Shown here piece by piece: positions 25,703-35,760 of a stretch of DNA of 64,000 nucleotides (position 1 is the stretch's first letter; each line of letters starts with the position of its first letter). A program made the position numbers and the translations under genes. Source of the stretch: a virus (taxonomy: Duplodnaviria; Caudoviricetes); IMG/VR virus record IMGVR_UViG_3300018430_000021, positions 192,001 to 256,000 of that record; one strand, given 5' to 3'. The notes under the pieces were generated by a model that saw only the letters and a list, made by a program, of their open reading frames with translations, was not told the DNA's origin and did no database searches.

Positions 25703-26039
25703 CTATCGGCATTAGAACGCCGGTTCGCATGTTTTGATAAAATTTTTTACTGTAAGCTTTTCTTACTTTAGAATAATATTCTGAATCATGTTGTGCGTAT
25801 GGATTTGCCCAAACAAGTAAATACCGAACATTCTGTAGGTCTCTACGACATACAGGACATTCGGTAATAGGAGTTATACTTCCATTAACATCGAAATACC
25901 ATGGGTTTTCGTCTGTACCACGATAGAATAGGCATTTTTTAGCTTTGGTGTCATCGCGTTTGAACGTTTTAAACCAAAGCCTTGTAGTGGCATCCCATGG
26001 GCCAGACTTATATTGTATGGTTTCGCAATACTCACACAT
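25677..26039 (-). CDS. CxxC zinc-binding protein
   Basis: MCEYC...CPVC. Confidence 0.65.
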   Translation of the reverse strand: MCEYCETIQYKSGPWDATTRLWFKTFKRDDTKAKKCLFYRGTDENPWYFDVNGSITPITECPVCRRDLQNVRYLLVWANPYAQHDSEYYSKVRKAYSKKFYQNMRTGVLMPIDEENPDAE

Positions 26040-26040
26040 C

Positions 26041-26904
26041 TTATCCCCATTTTTCTACTTCTTTCCGAATATCTTCATTGGCTAAGGCATGACTTATATA
26101 AGTACGAACCTGCCTGAAGAACTCCTGCTCTGTAACAGGTCGTTCTTGTTTGTGACCATAAACTAAATCGTCAAGTTTTTCGGAAAACGCTTCCAGAGAC
26201 AATTTTTTCGGGTATTTGCGTTTTCTAAACCAGTCATCGATGTCTTTTCTGGTAACATCGGTCGGGATAGCGATTTTTTCACGTTTCATCCAGTCTTCGT
26301 GATGGTCGTTGAAATCCCAGTCGATAACACGGTCAAACCCGAAGTTGTTGAGCATTCCGTCCATGGTTTTCGGACCAAGGTTACGGAGAACTTCCATAAT
26401 TTCGGCAGCATGTTCAAGAGTAAGATACTGGTCGAAATATTTGAATTTATTCATCAAACGAATACGGTAGAGCTGGTCACGTTTTGCTTCCAGTTTATCG
26501 TAGTTTTCTGAACTAAAGTCATAAAGTTTTCCATACGGCTGTTCGTCGAAAATGATGTCGTTTACTCGAAGCAATACTTCTTCGACGTCCATATAACGAG
26601 CGAGAGCTTTAAGGAAAGCTTTGGTTTCACGTGCCGTTTCTTCAAATTCGCGGTCACGCAAAGAACCAATAACAGTAATCACACCGTTATCGTAACCGTC
26701 AGCGTTGTCTGAAGAATACGACGACGCATGCTGGGTCGCATAAACGGAAGTTTCGATTGGACCTTCAGAACCGGTAATATTAAATCCACGTTTTTCCATA
26801 TCACGAAGAGCCCAGTTGACATAATCAACAAGACGATCTTTGCGAACCGTTTCAAACGGAAGGCGAATTCTGACAATACCACTTATATACGTCCAATGAC
26901 TCAT
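26041..26904 (-). CDS. hypothetical phage protein
   Basis: Long ORF after promoter 26928-26959. Confidence 0.75.
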   Translation of the reverse strand: MSHWTYISGIVRIRLPFETVRKDRLVDYVNWALRDMEKRGFNITGSEGPIETSVYATQHASSYSSDNADGYDNGVITVIGSLRDREFEETARETKAFLKALARYMDVEEVLLRVNDIIFDEQPYGKLYDFSSENYDKLEAKRDQLYRIRLMNKFKYFDQYLTLEHAAEIMEVLRNLGPKTMDGMLNNFGFDRVIDWDFNDHHEDWMKREKIAIPTDVTRKDIDDWFRKRKYPKKLSLEAFSEKLDDLVYGHKQERPVTEQEFFRQVRTYISHALANEDIRKEVEKWG

Positions 26905-26960
26905 TATATTTCCTTTTGTTTTAGCAAAATATAATAAAAACTATTCGGTTTGTAAACCCT

Positions 26961-27287
26961 TTAGAATGTAGCGTTAGCAAATTCGTTAAATAATTTAAGT
27001 TTTTCAAATGTTACGAATACAATATCGCCATTATTATATTTGAACATTATATAAGAACAGATTTCATTATTATTCTGAGATAAAGCGACATACGGATCTG
27101 CTGCAACCGGAATAGCAGGACTTTCTGGAAATGCCTGAAATAAATTGAAGTTATCTACCTTAGCTATTAAATAATGCGAGCCAGAACTAAGGTCTTTTGG
27201 TTCACGAGACAATACACTAAATACAGTAAACAAATCCGGAGTCATATAAATGCACATGACTTTAGAATAGTCAATGTGACTATCCAC
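26961..27287 (-). CDS. hypothetical protein
   Basis: Tiling ORF. Confidence 0.55.
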   Translation of the reverse strand: MDSHIDYSKVMCIYMTPDLFTVFSVLSREPKDLSSGSHYLIAKVDNFNLFQAFPESPAIPVAADPYVALSQNNNEICSYIMFKYNNGDIVFVTFEKLKLFNEFANATF

Positions 27288-27404
27288 GAATTTAAGAATA
27301 CCGTTAAATCTTTCGCTACTTCACCGAGATTTCTTTTTCTTGAAAATCTTATTAAACCACGATTTTTCCGGATCTTTATACTTATATCGAATAATTTTCA
27401 TCAT

Positions 27405-27647
27405 TTACTCCTGTGAGCGGTGCTTAGGGTAGTCAAGATACGGCGGAAAATCTTTGCAAGAAGGATGAGAAGTATCAATCCACTCGCTGTTTTTATTCGG
27501 TTGTATAACCGGCTGTTTATCGTTAGAGTTATTTTTCTCATCAAATACCCCGAGGCGTTGAAGTTCTACAAATTCTGCAGGAGTGCAGGTAATTACTGTA
27601 TTATTTCCAATCATTACTGTCATATTAAATATCCCATTTTGTAACAA
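27405..27647 (-). CDS. hypothetical protein
   Basis: Tiling ORF. Confidence 0.55.
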   Translation of the reverse strand: MLQNGIFNMTVMIGNNTVITCTPAEFVELQRLGVFDEKNNSNDKQPVIQPNKNSEWIDTSHPSCKDFPPYLDYPKHRSQE

Positions 27648-28119
27648 TGTCGTTAAAATCGTTTTTAGCGGTTTCGATTAATTCCATTGCTTTTTCTTTT
27701 GTGATAATTTCATCGATTTGGTCTTCACGTATATCATATTGTTCATCTTCAAGATAACTTACGTAAACAGAACCCCAATCATTTGCTGTAAGGTGTGAGA
27801 ATTGCCGGTAGTCATCGTCAAACTTAATATGAACACCTTTGACTTTACATCTGAAAAAACCTCTACCGGCAAATACAATTTCTATGATATGGATAATCTC
27901 CATATCCTTTTTGTTTACTGTACTAAAAGCCTTGCGGACATTACGTCCATATTTGAGCAGATACGTATCTTTATACTTGTTTTCAAGCTTAGCCTTACAC
28001 TTGAATGCCTTTGACTCTTTAACTTGCTGGAGGCACTTATCTGCGTACTCACGGAGCTCTCTGAGGTCATCCTCGTTTGTAATAGCTTTAATCTTGGTTT
28101 TTAAATCGTTTACCGCCAT
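27625..28119 (-). CDS. hypothetical protein
   Basis: Tiling ORF, SD GAGG. Confidence 0.7.
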   Translation of the reverse strand: MAVNDLKTKIKAITNEDDLRELREYADKCLQQVKESKAFKCKAKLENKYKDTYLLKYGRNVRKAFSTVNKKDMEIIHIIEIVFAGRGFFRCKVKGVHIKFDDDYRQFSHLTANDWGSVYVSYLEDEQYDIREDQIDEIITKEKAMELIETAKNDFNDIVTKWDI

Positions 28120-28358
28120 AAATCCTCTAATTCAGATAAAAATAACTTACGGTCGCAGTTAATTTCGAGAATACAAGGTTCTGAGTCAACCTTATGTCCG
28201 TCATGATTATTCAACGGGGTAATACCGCTAACGGCTCGGCACTCCTTGCCCCAAGCGGTATTAATCCCGATAGCAATCTGTGGATTCCCTTTAATTTTCT
28301 GTAATTCAGCGATAAGTTCTTCTTTATTCATATTAAATCGTACTCCAATGCTGAACAA
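28110..28358 (-). CDS. hypothetical protein (start probably MNKEEL)
   Basis: Tiling ORF. Confidence 0.6.
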   Translation of the reverse strand: MFSIGVRFNMNKEELIAELQKIKGNPQIAIGINTAWGKECRAVSGITPLNNHDGHKVDSEPCILEINCDRKLFLSELEDLWR

Positions 28359-28656
28359 GACCGATAATCATGAGCACCAGCATCGGAGAACAATAGAAGA
28401 AATGAACTACGCCCTTAGCCGGATTGCCGGTAAGAATATTGATAAAGCTTCCGATAATGCCGAGTAACATACCAGTTGCCCAGATGACACCGATAACGAA
28501 CAGCGTCATTCCGCCGAAATAAAGCGCGGCGACCACGGAACCGATGGTGATGAGACTCGCGACAAATCCGGTAGCAGAACCTTTTTCACCGAAGAGCTCA
28601 CGGAGCATACCGAGAATTTGAACACCGAGAATGATATAGAGAAGAACTGTAATCAT
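28333..28656 (-). CDS. multi-TM membrane protein
   Basis: Highly hydrophobic; first gene after promoter 28684-28715. Confidence 0.7.
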   Translation of the reverse strand: MITVLLYIILGVQILGMLRELFGEKGSATGFVASLITIGSVVAALYFGGMTLFVIGVIWATGMLLGIIGSFINILTGNPAKGVVHFFYCSPMLVLMIIGLVQHWSTI

Positions 28657-28768
28657 GTTTTTTATTCCTTTTTGTTTGATTAAAATATAGTAAAAGTAAA
28701 CCAGGTTGTAAACCCTAAATTAGGTCTTTAACCTGGTAATTATTATTTAACGACCCAAAATAGGGACA

Positions 28769-29635
28769 TTAGACTGAACGGAACAGCCAATGTAGAATCT
28801 TCGGAATTCGATATAGATAACCGCGATTGACTGTCGGGCGGGTAAAGTATTCCACCTCGTTGCTTTTCAGAGTTGAATCAGTAGAATGCGTAACGTATTC
28901 GAAACCGTCGTTCTTGGCATACTTCTTCGTAAAAGAACTCTTGGTTTCAAACGTCGGAAATTGCGTAGACGTATGACATGCAATCTGATTACCCCGTGTA
29001 TCATATTCACGAGTAGTAATCATAAGGCAATGATGGAACGTATTATAATGAATTTCCTTGATTGCGTTGTTACCGGTATCTTCATAAACATATTCGTCAG
29101 TTGTATACCAGGTTCGGCCACGCTGCGTAGTTGTAGTCTTGTTATACAAATAACGACCGTATTCATCATATAATGTAATTGTATGGTCAACGAATTCGTT
29201 GTTATCACCATAACGCTGGGTTTTTTCTTCAACACGAGCGCCAGCATGACCTGCAAAATCGGTTTCTTTTTCGGTATAAGTACCGTCTTCATTAAAGTTA
29301 CGATACTTTACAACATTGCCTTCGTCATTGTAGAATGCAATAAAATGACAATCAAGACGACGCTTGCCATTGACATCGTACTTATAGCAGAATCGTTCAA
29401 CCGTATGAGTACCGTCTTCGGCATACGTAAGCTTATCAATATTGTCGATTTTACCGTTGGACGTATCGATAGTCATGATACGTCTGAATTTTTCATCATA
29501 AAGATTTCGTTCGACGCGAAGACGACCGACGAGATGATGCTTACGGCGAGTTACGAAATGTGAACCCGGAAGAAACCATTGGGTTTCAATGGGAGTCAGC
29601 TTAGATACACAGAGATTCTGGAGAAATTTAAACAT
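28769..29635 (-). CDS. YD-repeat-like protein
   Basis: Repeated YD..G segments (YDVNG, YNDEGN, YDEYGR, YDTRGN). Confidence 0.6.
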   Translation of the reverse strand: MFKFLQNLCVSKLTPIETQWFLPGSHFVTRRKHHLVGRLRVERNLYDEKFRRIMTIDTSNGKIDNIDKLTYAEDGTHTVERFCYKYDVNGKRRLDCHFIAFYNDEGNVVKYRNFNEDGTYTEKETDFAGHAGARVEEKTQRYGDNNEFVDHTITLYDEYGRYLYNKTTTTQRGRTWYTTDEYVYEDTGNNAIKEIHYNTFHHCLMITTREYDTRGNQIACHTSTQFPTFETKSSFTKKYAKNDGFEYVTHSTDSTLKSNEVEYFTRPTVNRGYLYRIPKILHWLFRSV

Positions 29636-29663
29636 TGTATTGTTCCTTTTGGTTTATGCGTAC

Positions 29664-29695
29664 AATATAGTAAAAGGATTGACTAGTGTCAACCC
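29664..29695 (-). promoter_or_regulatory. Early promoter/terminator composite
   Basis: GGGTTGAC-ACTA-GTCAATCC-TTTT-AC-TATATT. Confidence 0.75.
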
Positions 29696-29698
29696 TTT

Positions 29699-30028
29699 TT
29701 ATTCAAGAACAGATAGAATCTCGGTCATTTCTTCATCATGCATCTTTTTAAGGTTTACTTCCCATTCTTTTAATATCATGTCTTCTGCTAATGAACGGGC
29801 TGTATATTTCTTAAACATTTCGCAATTATATTTGGTTGGATTGACGTCCATTCGTATAATGCTATAAATGACACCGCCTTTACATTCAAAATATGCAGGA
29901 ATATCCATATTTAGAATGTTATTATGAAGCCATAACTTTTTAGGTTTTGGACCCATGAAGCTATGTATCATTTCTTCAAGCGTATCTATTTCATCGGAAT
30001 GCTTTACTTTCCATTCATGTGTCGTCAT
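29699..30028 (-). CDS. hypothetical protein
   Basis: Tiling ORF. Confidence 0.6.
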   Translation of the reverse strand: MTTHEWKVKHSDEIDTLEEMIHSFMGPKPKKLWLHNNILNMDIPAYFECKGGVIYSIIRMDVNPTKYNCEMFKKYTARSLAEDMILKEWEVNLKKMHDEEMTEILSVLE

Positions 30029-30546
30029 GAGTTAATCAATGTCTCCACATCTTTAATGACACTTTTGAGGTCATGCTTTTTCTTTTTAGGTTCTTTTTCG
30101 GTATTGTCGAGTAACCAGTACGGAAGCTTGTAGAAGAAAAAGACAAAGATATTTCCAATCATAAACACGACATTAGTAACTAACCATCCGGTAAGCCTTA
30201 TAGTCATGTCAATAATAAGTGTCGGGTACATAAGTTGAGACGCTAAGAAATAAATCTTTCCAAGTCGTTTCTTTACTGGATTTTTTGATGTTTCCATACT
30301 TGTACCCAAGAAAAAGAATACAATATGTGCAGCAAAGTATACTACGGCAATAATACTTAAAATTCCCGGATGTGCAGGCCAGATGCGTTCTGGAACAGTA
30401 AGAATATATGGGGCATTATACCTAGCAATAGTATTTGCTAGCAATACGAGACCCAAATATACTGCCGTAATACCCCAGATAAAAGGTGGGCTGATAAAAT
30501 TACGGCTAAACGCCTCATTGATGTCTTTGAGTTTCATGTAGTACAT
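30025..30546 (-). CDS. membrane protein
   Basis: 3-4 hydrophobic segments. Confidence 0.65.
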   Translation of the reverse strand: MYYMKLKDINEAFSRNFISPPFIWGITAVYLGLVLLANTIARYNAPYILTVPERIWPAHPGILSIIAVVYFAAHIVFFFLGTSMETSKNPVKKRLGKIYFLASQLMYPTLIIDMTIRLTGWLVTNVVFMIGNIFVFFFYKLPYWLLDNTEKEPKKKKHDLKSVIKDVETLINS

Positions 30547-30562
30547 TTAGCCGTTCCTTTTA

Positions 30563-30769
30563 TTAGTCCTGGCAATCGCGGTTGATGATATACTTTTCCT
30601 TAATCTCGTCGGGTGCGTCGACGAGTTCAACCTTGATCTTGGTCTTATCGATTCCCTTGTCGGCCAGACCCAAAAGGGCAACAGCCTTGAGTTCGTCGTA
30701 CTCTTCATCCGTCGCGTTATCCGGAACGGTGAATTCGCCAACATTGTAAGTAATCTTGAATTTCTTCAT
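30563..30769 (-). CDS. hypothetical protein
   Basis: First ORF after promoter 30798-30829, SD GGAG. Confidence 0.65.
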   Translation of the reverse strand: MKKFKITYNVGEFTVPDNATDEEYDELKAVALLGLADKGIDKTKIKVELVDAPDEIKEKYIINRDCQD

Positions 30770-30859
30770 ATTATTATCTCCTATTTTTTATGCTTTTAAT
30801 ATAGCAAAAAATATCGTCGATGTAAACCCTAAAAATAAAAGAGAACTTTTTAAGTTCTC

Positions 30860-31297
30860 TTACATATTTTCATCGACAAGTTTTTGTTTAAGCTCTTCCA
30901 TCTCGTTATCCAGGTTATTGACCATGTTTACCAGATGTTGCTTATGTTCAAGAATACCATTAATCTGCTCATTGTACTTGTCAATTTGCGCTTGATTTCG
31001 GGTCTTGTCGATTTTCTTTTTCAACTTATTGACTTCAATATCGGCCTGACGGATAGACTTGTCATAGTCCTGATGCCAATGTGTATTTGCGCCGTTAAAA
31101 TATGCGAACGTACCTTTAGAATTATGACCTGAAACACCTGGAGCTTGCCAGAGATAATCGAAAAGGTCTTCAACCTGTACAATTTCTACTTTTGTATTAA
31201 AATCATAGATAATATCCTTTTCGGTATCGAAAGTTTCCTTAAGAGTACCGTAAGAACATCTTCCCAAATCTCTAAAGCTCTTTAGCGTAAAAATCAT
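30860..31297 (-). CDS. hypothetical coiled-coil protein
   Basis: Tiling ORF. Confidence 0.65.
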   Translation of the reverse strand: MIFTLKSFRDLGRCSYGTLKETFDTEKDIIYDFNTKVEIVQVEDLFDYLWQAPGVSGHNSKGTFAYFNGANTHWHQDYDKSIRQADIEVNKLKKKIDKTRNQAQIDKYNEQINGILEHKQHLVNMVNNLDNEMEELKQKLVDENM

Positions 31298-31566
31298 TAT
31301 TCTTCCCCATAAGTATAGATATATTCGCCGCGTAAGTTAACGGCAATATCAAGGAACTTCAAGCCTACCATTTTAACCGGCATACGCTTGTTTTCCTTAC
31401 ATGCCACCTTTGCGTAATGCTTCCACTTGACACCAGATACATAGTCGTTTTCAATCCACTGTGTAACTTCACAGCCGCTGCGACGTGCCGAAATCAGGAA
31501 GTCAAGCTTTACGTCAGCGAATGCCGACGCAAATGCAAGCAACGCAATCAATATTACTTTTTTCAT
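31297..31566 (-). CDS. small secreted protein
   Basis: Signal peptide MKKVILIALLAFASAFA. Confidence 0.7.
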   Translation of the reverse strand: MKKVILIALLAFASAFADVKLDFLISARRSGCEVTQWIENDYVSGVKWKHYAKVACKENKRMPVKMVGLKFLDIAVNLRGEYIYTYGEE

Positions 31567-32279
31567 TTTTTGTCCTTCTTATCTTTCTTTTCTTTGTTTT
31601 CTAAAGTGTCACGATATGCTTTAATTTCATCGATAAATCCCTGACACATCATTGTTCGACCCTTTGCTTCGAGGTTTGGCAAGAAATCTTTAAAATGCCA
31701 TGTAATAAATGACCATGCATCAATCGCCGGATAATCGCCAGTAATTAAGTCTTTGTATTCTCTAGCAAATAACCCCTTAATATAGTTACGATATTCTATA
31801 AGAATATTCTGCTCCCAATCACTATGATGTTTTTCAACATCTGCAAGATAATTCATTGCAGTAAATGGAGTTAAGTGGACATAAGCAGAATGTTTGTCAT
31901 CATAATTACTAATACGTAATATATAATCCTTAAGATACGGTTCATCTACTAAGGCTTCACGGATTTTACAATATTTATTAATCGCACCTTTTATACCAGT
32001 AATAAGGTCATTAGTATGTGAATAAACCGAATAGTCTTTGATTTTACTGGTACGATATATCGGGTAATCAAGATTAATAATCTTAAAAATTGCTTTATCC
32101 TGTTCACTCATGTTTTTACGATTTCGCCAATAGACGCAAAGCCGTTCGTTAAAAGCTACGTCATCCCTAAATTCAAACCAGTCACTGAACTTGAATACGT
32201 CAACACCTTTTACAGAAAAATCAGCCTGTTCGACGATTTCCTTAACCTTTTTAATTTTACGATTTAAAAGCCAGCCCAT
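31563..32279 (-). CDS. hypothetical protein
   Basis: Long tiling ORF. Confidence 0.7.
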   Translation of the reverse strand: MGWLLNRKIKKVKEIVEQADFSVKGVDVFKFSDWFEFRDDVAFNERLCVYWRNRKNMSEQDKAIFKIINLDYPIYRTSKIKDYSVYSHTNDLITGIKGAINKYCKIREALVDEPYLKDYILRISNYDDKHSAYVHLTPFTAMNYLADVEKHHSDWEQNILIEYRNYIKGLFAREYKDLITGDYPAIDAWSFITWHFKDFLPNLEAKGRTMMCQGFIDEIKAYRDTLENKEKKDKKDKK

Positions 32280-32288
32280 ATTTACTCC

Positions 32289-32837
32289 TTACCGGGAGAA
32301 TCCTTGAATACTTCTAAATTCCGTTTTTGTAATCGGCTTTCCAGTTTCCTTAATCTTTTCGAGGATTTCGTCGAGGAATGCATCCTTATAGACACCATAA
32401 CAGATAACTCCGACCAGCACACCAAACGTTCTGTGGCTTTCGGTTTCAATCTTCTGATAATTATGACCGGCATAGCAAAAACCATCGCTTTCGTCTACGA
32501 GAACGTTTCCTTCGTCTTCACGAGAACAGTCCTTTCGAATATCCCAACTGAACAGCGGACGAACGGCCTGGTCCAACTTGCGGAGTGCTTCGACGAACTT
32601 ACGCATGTCGTCGTCCAACGGCATAGGCATGAAACAATGTTCGTCCGTACGATAGTTATCGCGTTCTACATAGTAAGAACCCTGTGTAAAGAACGGGAAA
32701 CAATACTTTCCACGATAATGGTTTTCAGACTCACTGATCCTGTGGTAATCATTTAGGACAACCTTAGCGGTCTGGCGAAGTTCTTCGTATGCGGTTTCAA
32801 CAGTGGCAATAGCCGAGGTCATATCAATCTTTTTCAT
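32289..32837 (-). CDS. hypothetical protein
   Basis: First ORF after promoter 32845-32876, probably leaderless. Confidence 0.7.
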   Translation of the reverse strand: MKKIDMTSAIATVETAYEELRQTAKVVLNDYHRISESENHYRGKYCFPFFTQGSYYVERDNYRTDEHCFMPMPLDDDMRKFVEALRKLDQAVRPLFSWDIRKDCSREDEGNVLVDESDGFCYAGHNYQKIETESHRTFGVLVGVICYGVYKDAFLDEILEKIKETGKPITKTEFRSIQGFSR

Positions 32838-32844
32838 ATATTAT

Positions 32845-32876
32845 AATATAGAAAAAGAGCTGACTTGTGTCAACCC
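32845..32876 (-). promoter_or_regulatory. Early promoter/terminator composite
   Basis: GGGTTGAC-ACAA-GTCAGCTC-TTTTT-C-TATATT. Confidence 0.75.
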
Positions 32877-32881
32877 TATTT

Positions 32882-33421
32882 TTAAAGGTTATGGTCAATC
32901 GTATATAGCGTATCGCCGTGATTAATACATGATTCTATACACGACTTAGTAGTTACCAAGTCCATCATATCACAGGGCATAGTTCGGCCCTGATATATAA
33001 GCTCTGCTGATGTATAGTAATGTTTTTTCTTCGGATGCCTTGCCATCGCGTTAGGCGACATCAAATCAAATTCGTTGTTATATGTACCATGTTTTCGCGC
33101 ATATTGACCGTTAGGTAATTGTATAACTTGGACTCCTTGGACGGTAAGAATACTTGGTACAATGTCGCCCGCCTCGATAATGAGACACTGATTAGTTACG
33201 GCGATACATATTTCATCGCTTCCATGTAATTTTAAAATTGGCGTGCAATCTGAAATAATTTTACATCTATGCCCGTCTATTTTCACAGAACCGTTATATG
33301 CAACAAATATTTCATCGGCATAATCATTAATGTGGGTATTTAAATAATTGGTTATATTATAACCTTGCGCATTAATGACTGGTCCGTTAATCTTTGGAAG
33401 TTTTTTCTGTCTTATGGGCAT
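32882..33421 (-). CDS. hypothetical protein
   Basis: ORF after promoter 33429-33460. Confidence 0.65.
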   Translation of the reverse strand: MPIRQKKLPKINGPVINAQGYNITNYLNTHINDYADEIFVAYNGSVKIDGHRCKIISDCTPILKLHGSDEICIAVTNQCLIIEAGDIVPSILTVQGVQVIQLPNGQYARKHGTYNNEFDLMSPNAMARHPKKKHYYTSAELIYQGRTMPCDMMDLVTTKSCIESCINHGDTLYTIDHNL

Positions 33422-33475
33422 ATATACAAATATAATAAAAATAAGGGCTATCGTAAGCCCTTTATTTTAATCTAA

Positions 33476-34000
33476 TTACATTCTGCCGGCTTTAATTTCA
33501 TCAAAAATATATGAACTCGTATCAACGACTAAGGCATACATTTCAGGATTTGGTCTACCGATACGCCACAATAAGAACTTGCCGACACGGGTAATAGTAC
33601 GTACAACATCATAATCAATACTACATCCGAATTTAAAAGTCAAAACTCCGTTTTTAATCAGGTTCTTGACTTCATCTGTTCCTTTAACCAACATATCATA
33701 AATTGCTTCTGCACCGTCTTTTTCCTTTCTTAGCGCCTTGTCTGCTAAAACGGTTCCGTCATTTCCAGTAATCGTAACATGATCCCAGCTAAGGTTAGTA
33801 ATATGCTGTATACCGTCATAATGTCTTTTAAAATCTTCATATGCCGGGTTATTCTGTCCGATTCGTATACAAAATCCGGCATCACGTCCGGTATTCTGAT
33901 GGTCTATATTATAACATTCGATAGTATCGCCATATTCGGTATCAAATGTATATGTTATTGATTGATTGCACGGATATTTCTTTTTTGCGATAAGCTTCAT
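33476..34000 (-). CDS. hypothetical protein
   Basis: SD AGGAG. Confidence 0.7.
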   Translation of the reverse strand: MKLIAKKKYPCNQSITYTFDTEYGDTIECYNIDHQNTGRDAGFCIRIGQNNPAYEDFKRHYDGIQHITNLSWDHVTITGNDGTVLADKALRKEKDGAEAIYDMLVKGTDEVKNLIKNGVLTFKFGCSIDYDVVRTITRVGKFLLWRIGRPNPEMYALVVDTSSYIFDEIKAGRM

Positions 34001-34016
34001 GTGTTCTCCTAATTAT

Positions 34017-34559
34017 TCATATATCAGATTTCGTGTTAGGTTCAATTTCCGTTACATCCAGCTTATACCACTTACTGTTCTCTTTCTTTACTACCTTAAT
34101 CTTCAGCGTCTTGTCGGTATCGGCAGAAATGTCATACTGACGTTCGTCAAGGATTTCGGCAGATTCGCCCTTATCGTAACAATGAAAAAGCTTTACATAT
34201 ACGTATTTCTTTTCACGGGCACATTCGAACAGGATAAAGTTATTCTTGTCGGTATGTTCGTTATTCCAGGTATAACAAAGTCCGTTAATGTTTTTGAAAT
34301 CTGAAAGCGAGAACTGACATTCAATATCAGTAGGCGTTTTGGCTTTGATAGTACGAAGGTTATAGTCCGTATTTACTACGTCATTTAGCTTTTTAAGTTC
34401 AGTATTAATTTGACTGGGAACAATTGTCCTATTAAAACATACCGTAGCGGAATTATCACGGACTTCAATAACTCCCTTAGGCATGACAACGAACTTGACA
34501 TCGTATTTATCCTGAAGTTTTTTCAGTTCCTTGAGAAATGTTTTAAGATTTTCGGTCAT
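34017..34559 (-). CDS. hypothetical protein
   Basis: Tiling ORF. Confidence 0.7.
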   Translation of the reverse strand: MTENLKTFLKELKKLQDKYDVKFVVMPKGVIEVRDNSATVCFNRTIVPSQINTELKKLNDVVNTDYNLRTIKAKTPTDIECQFSLSDFKNINGLCYTWNNEHTDKNNFILFECAREKKYVYVKLFHCYDKGESAEILDERQYDISADTDKTLKIKVVKKENSKWYKLDVTEIEPNTKSDI

Positions 34560-34577
34560 TTTCGTTCTTCCTTTTTA

Positions 34578-34787
34578 TTAGGAATTAAAAATTCTTTCAA
34601 TTTCTGCATCATGTATGATGTGGTCTTCGTAAGTACAAACCCTATTATATACTCTTTCAGCAGCCTTATAAGAATCAAATTTTACTGCGTCAAACGGATT
34701 ATATGTCCAGGCATCGTCACCAGCGCATTGCCAGTAAAAAACCAAATTGCCTCTTTCATTTCGTTTAACGATACGCCACTTATACAT
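34578..34787 (-). CDS. hypothetical protein
   Basis: SD AGGAG after promoter 34815-34846. Confidence 0.65.
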   Translation of the reverse strand: MYKWRIVKRNERGNLVFYWQCAGDDAWTYNPFDAVKFDSYKAAERVYNRVCTYEDHIIHDAEIERIFNS

Positions 34788-34862
34788 TTTAAACTCCTTA
34801 TTGGTTATGTCTTAAATATAATAAAAATAAGGACCGTTGTAAACCCAAAATGTTGTTGCTTA

Positions 34863-35276
34863 TTATAGAACATTCAGAATTTCTTTGAGTTCCTGTTTCT
34901 TGGCTTTCTTGAACTGTCGTTTTACGAACGCTTGTCTTTTTTCTTCCATTTTATCCAGGAGCTTATCTACCGTAGAGAAATATGCGGGTTTTCTTTTATG
35001 GTTGGTTTTCGGTAACGTCTTGTCGAATACGATTAACATTTCATGCGGTTCTTTGTCTCCGTCGTAGAAAGTCAGACGTGCTTCCCAAAGGACATTGTAC
35101 ATTTTATCGCGAGTCGTTACCCATGCGGTCGTGTGGTCATAATTGGACCAGTGTTCAAGCGTAAAAGTATAGTCATCGAACTCACACCAACGGGAACACT
35201 TCTCCATGCGAGCTTTCATCTTCTTGTTGACTGACGCGTAGTGTGTATTATTCATGTCCGGAAATCTATAATACAA
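34863..35276 (-). CDS. hypothetical protein
   Basis: ORF after promoter 35279-35310. Confidence 0.65.
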   Translation of the reverse strand: MYYRFPDMNNTHYASVNKKMKARMEKCSRWCEFDDYTFTLEHWSNYDHTTAWVTTRDKMYNVLWEARLTFYDGDKEPHEMLIVFDKTLPKTNHKRKPAYFSTVDKLLDKMEEKRQAFVKRQFKKAKKQELKEILNVL

Positions 35277-35338
35277 TAAATATAATAAAAATAAGGACCG
35301 TTGTCAGCCCTTATTTTTAAATGTTTCTTTAAGATAAC

Positions 35339-35716
35339 TTACTTAACGCCGAAAACCTGGTCCAAATCCGCCTTAAAGTCTTCTATGTTGTCACCGTCAT
35401 AGCTTGTATTGTTTGCGACAATCGTATAGACCGAACCGTCCGAACTGATACCGGAGAAAAGAATATTGACCATGATTTCATCGTCATATTCTCCCTTTTC
35501 GGAAATTTCAAACATTGTAACATTCATATCGTAAGTATATAGATATGTCATTGGTTCCGGGTCAGTATTCTTTTCCCTTTTATGGAAACCATAATTATCA
35601 AGTAACTTTTTAAGATAATTAATAAAATGTTCAGATTTTAACGGATGCCTGTTAACCTGCTCTTCAAGATAGTAGCCCGCATTATTCAAAACCTGCTTCG
35701 CCTCAATTAAATCCAT
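35339..35716 (-). CDS. putative internal head protein (start MDLIEAKQVL)
   Basis: Late promoter, SD GAGG, shared N-terminal motif. Confidence 0.6.
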   Translation of the reverse strand: MDLIEAKQVLNNAGYYLEEQVNRHPLKSEHFINYLKKLLDNYGFHKREKNTDPEPMTYLYTYDMNVTMFEISEKGEYDDEIMVNILFSGISSDGSVYTIVANNTSYDGDNIEDFKADLDQVFGVK

Positions 35717-35734
35717 TTGAAACCTCATTTTTAT

Positions 35735-35746
35735 TATTTATAAATA
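35735..35746. promoter_or_regulatory. Palindromic divergent late promoter TATTTATAAATA
   Basis: Reads TATAAATA on both strands between divergent genes. Confidence 0.75.
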
Positions 35747-35760
35747 AGTAAAGGTTAAAT

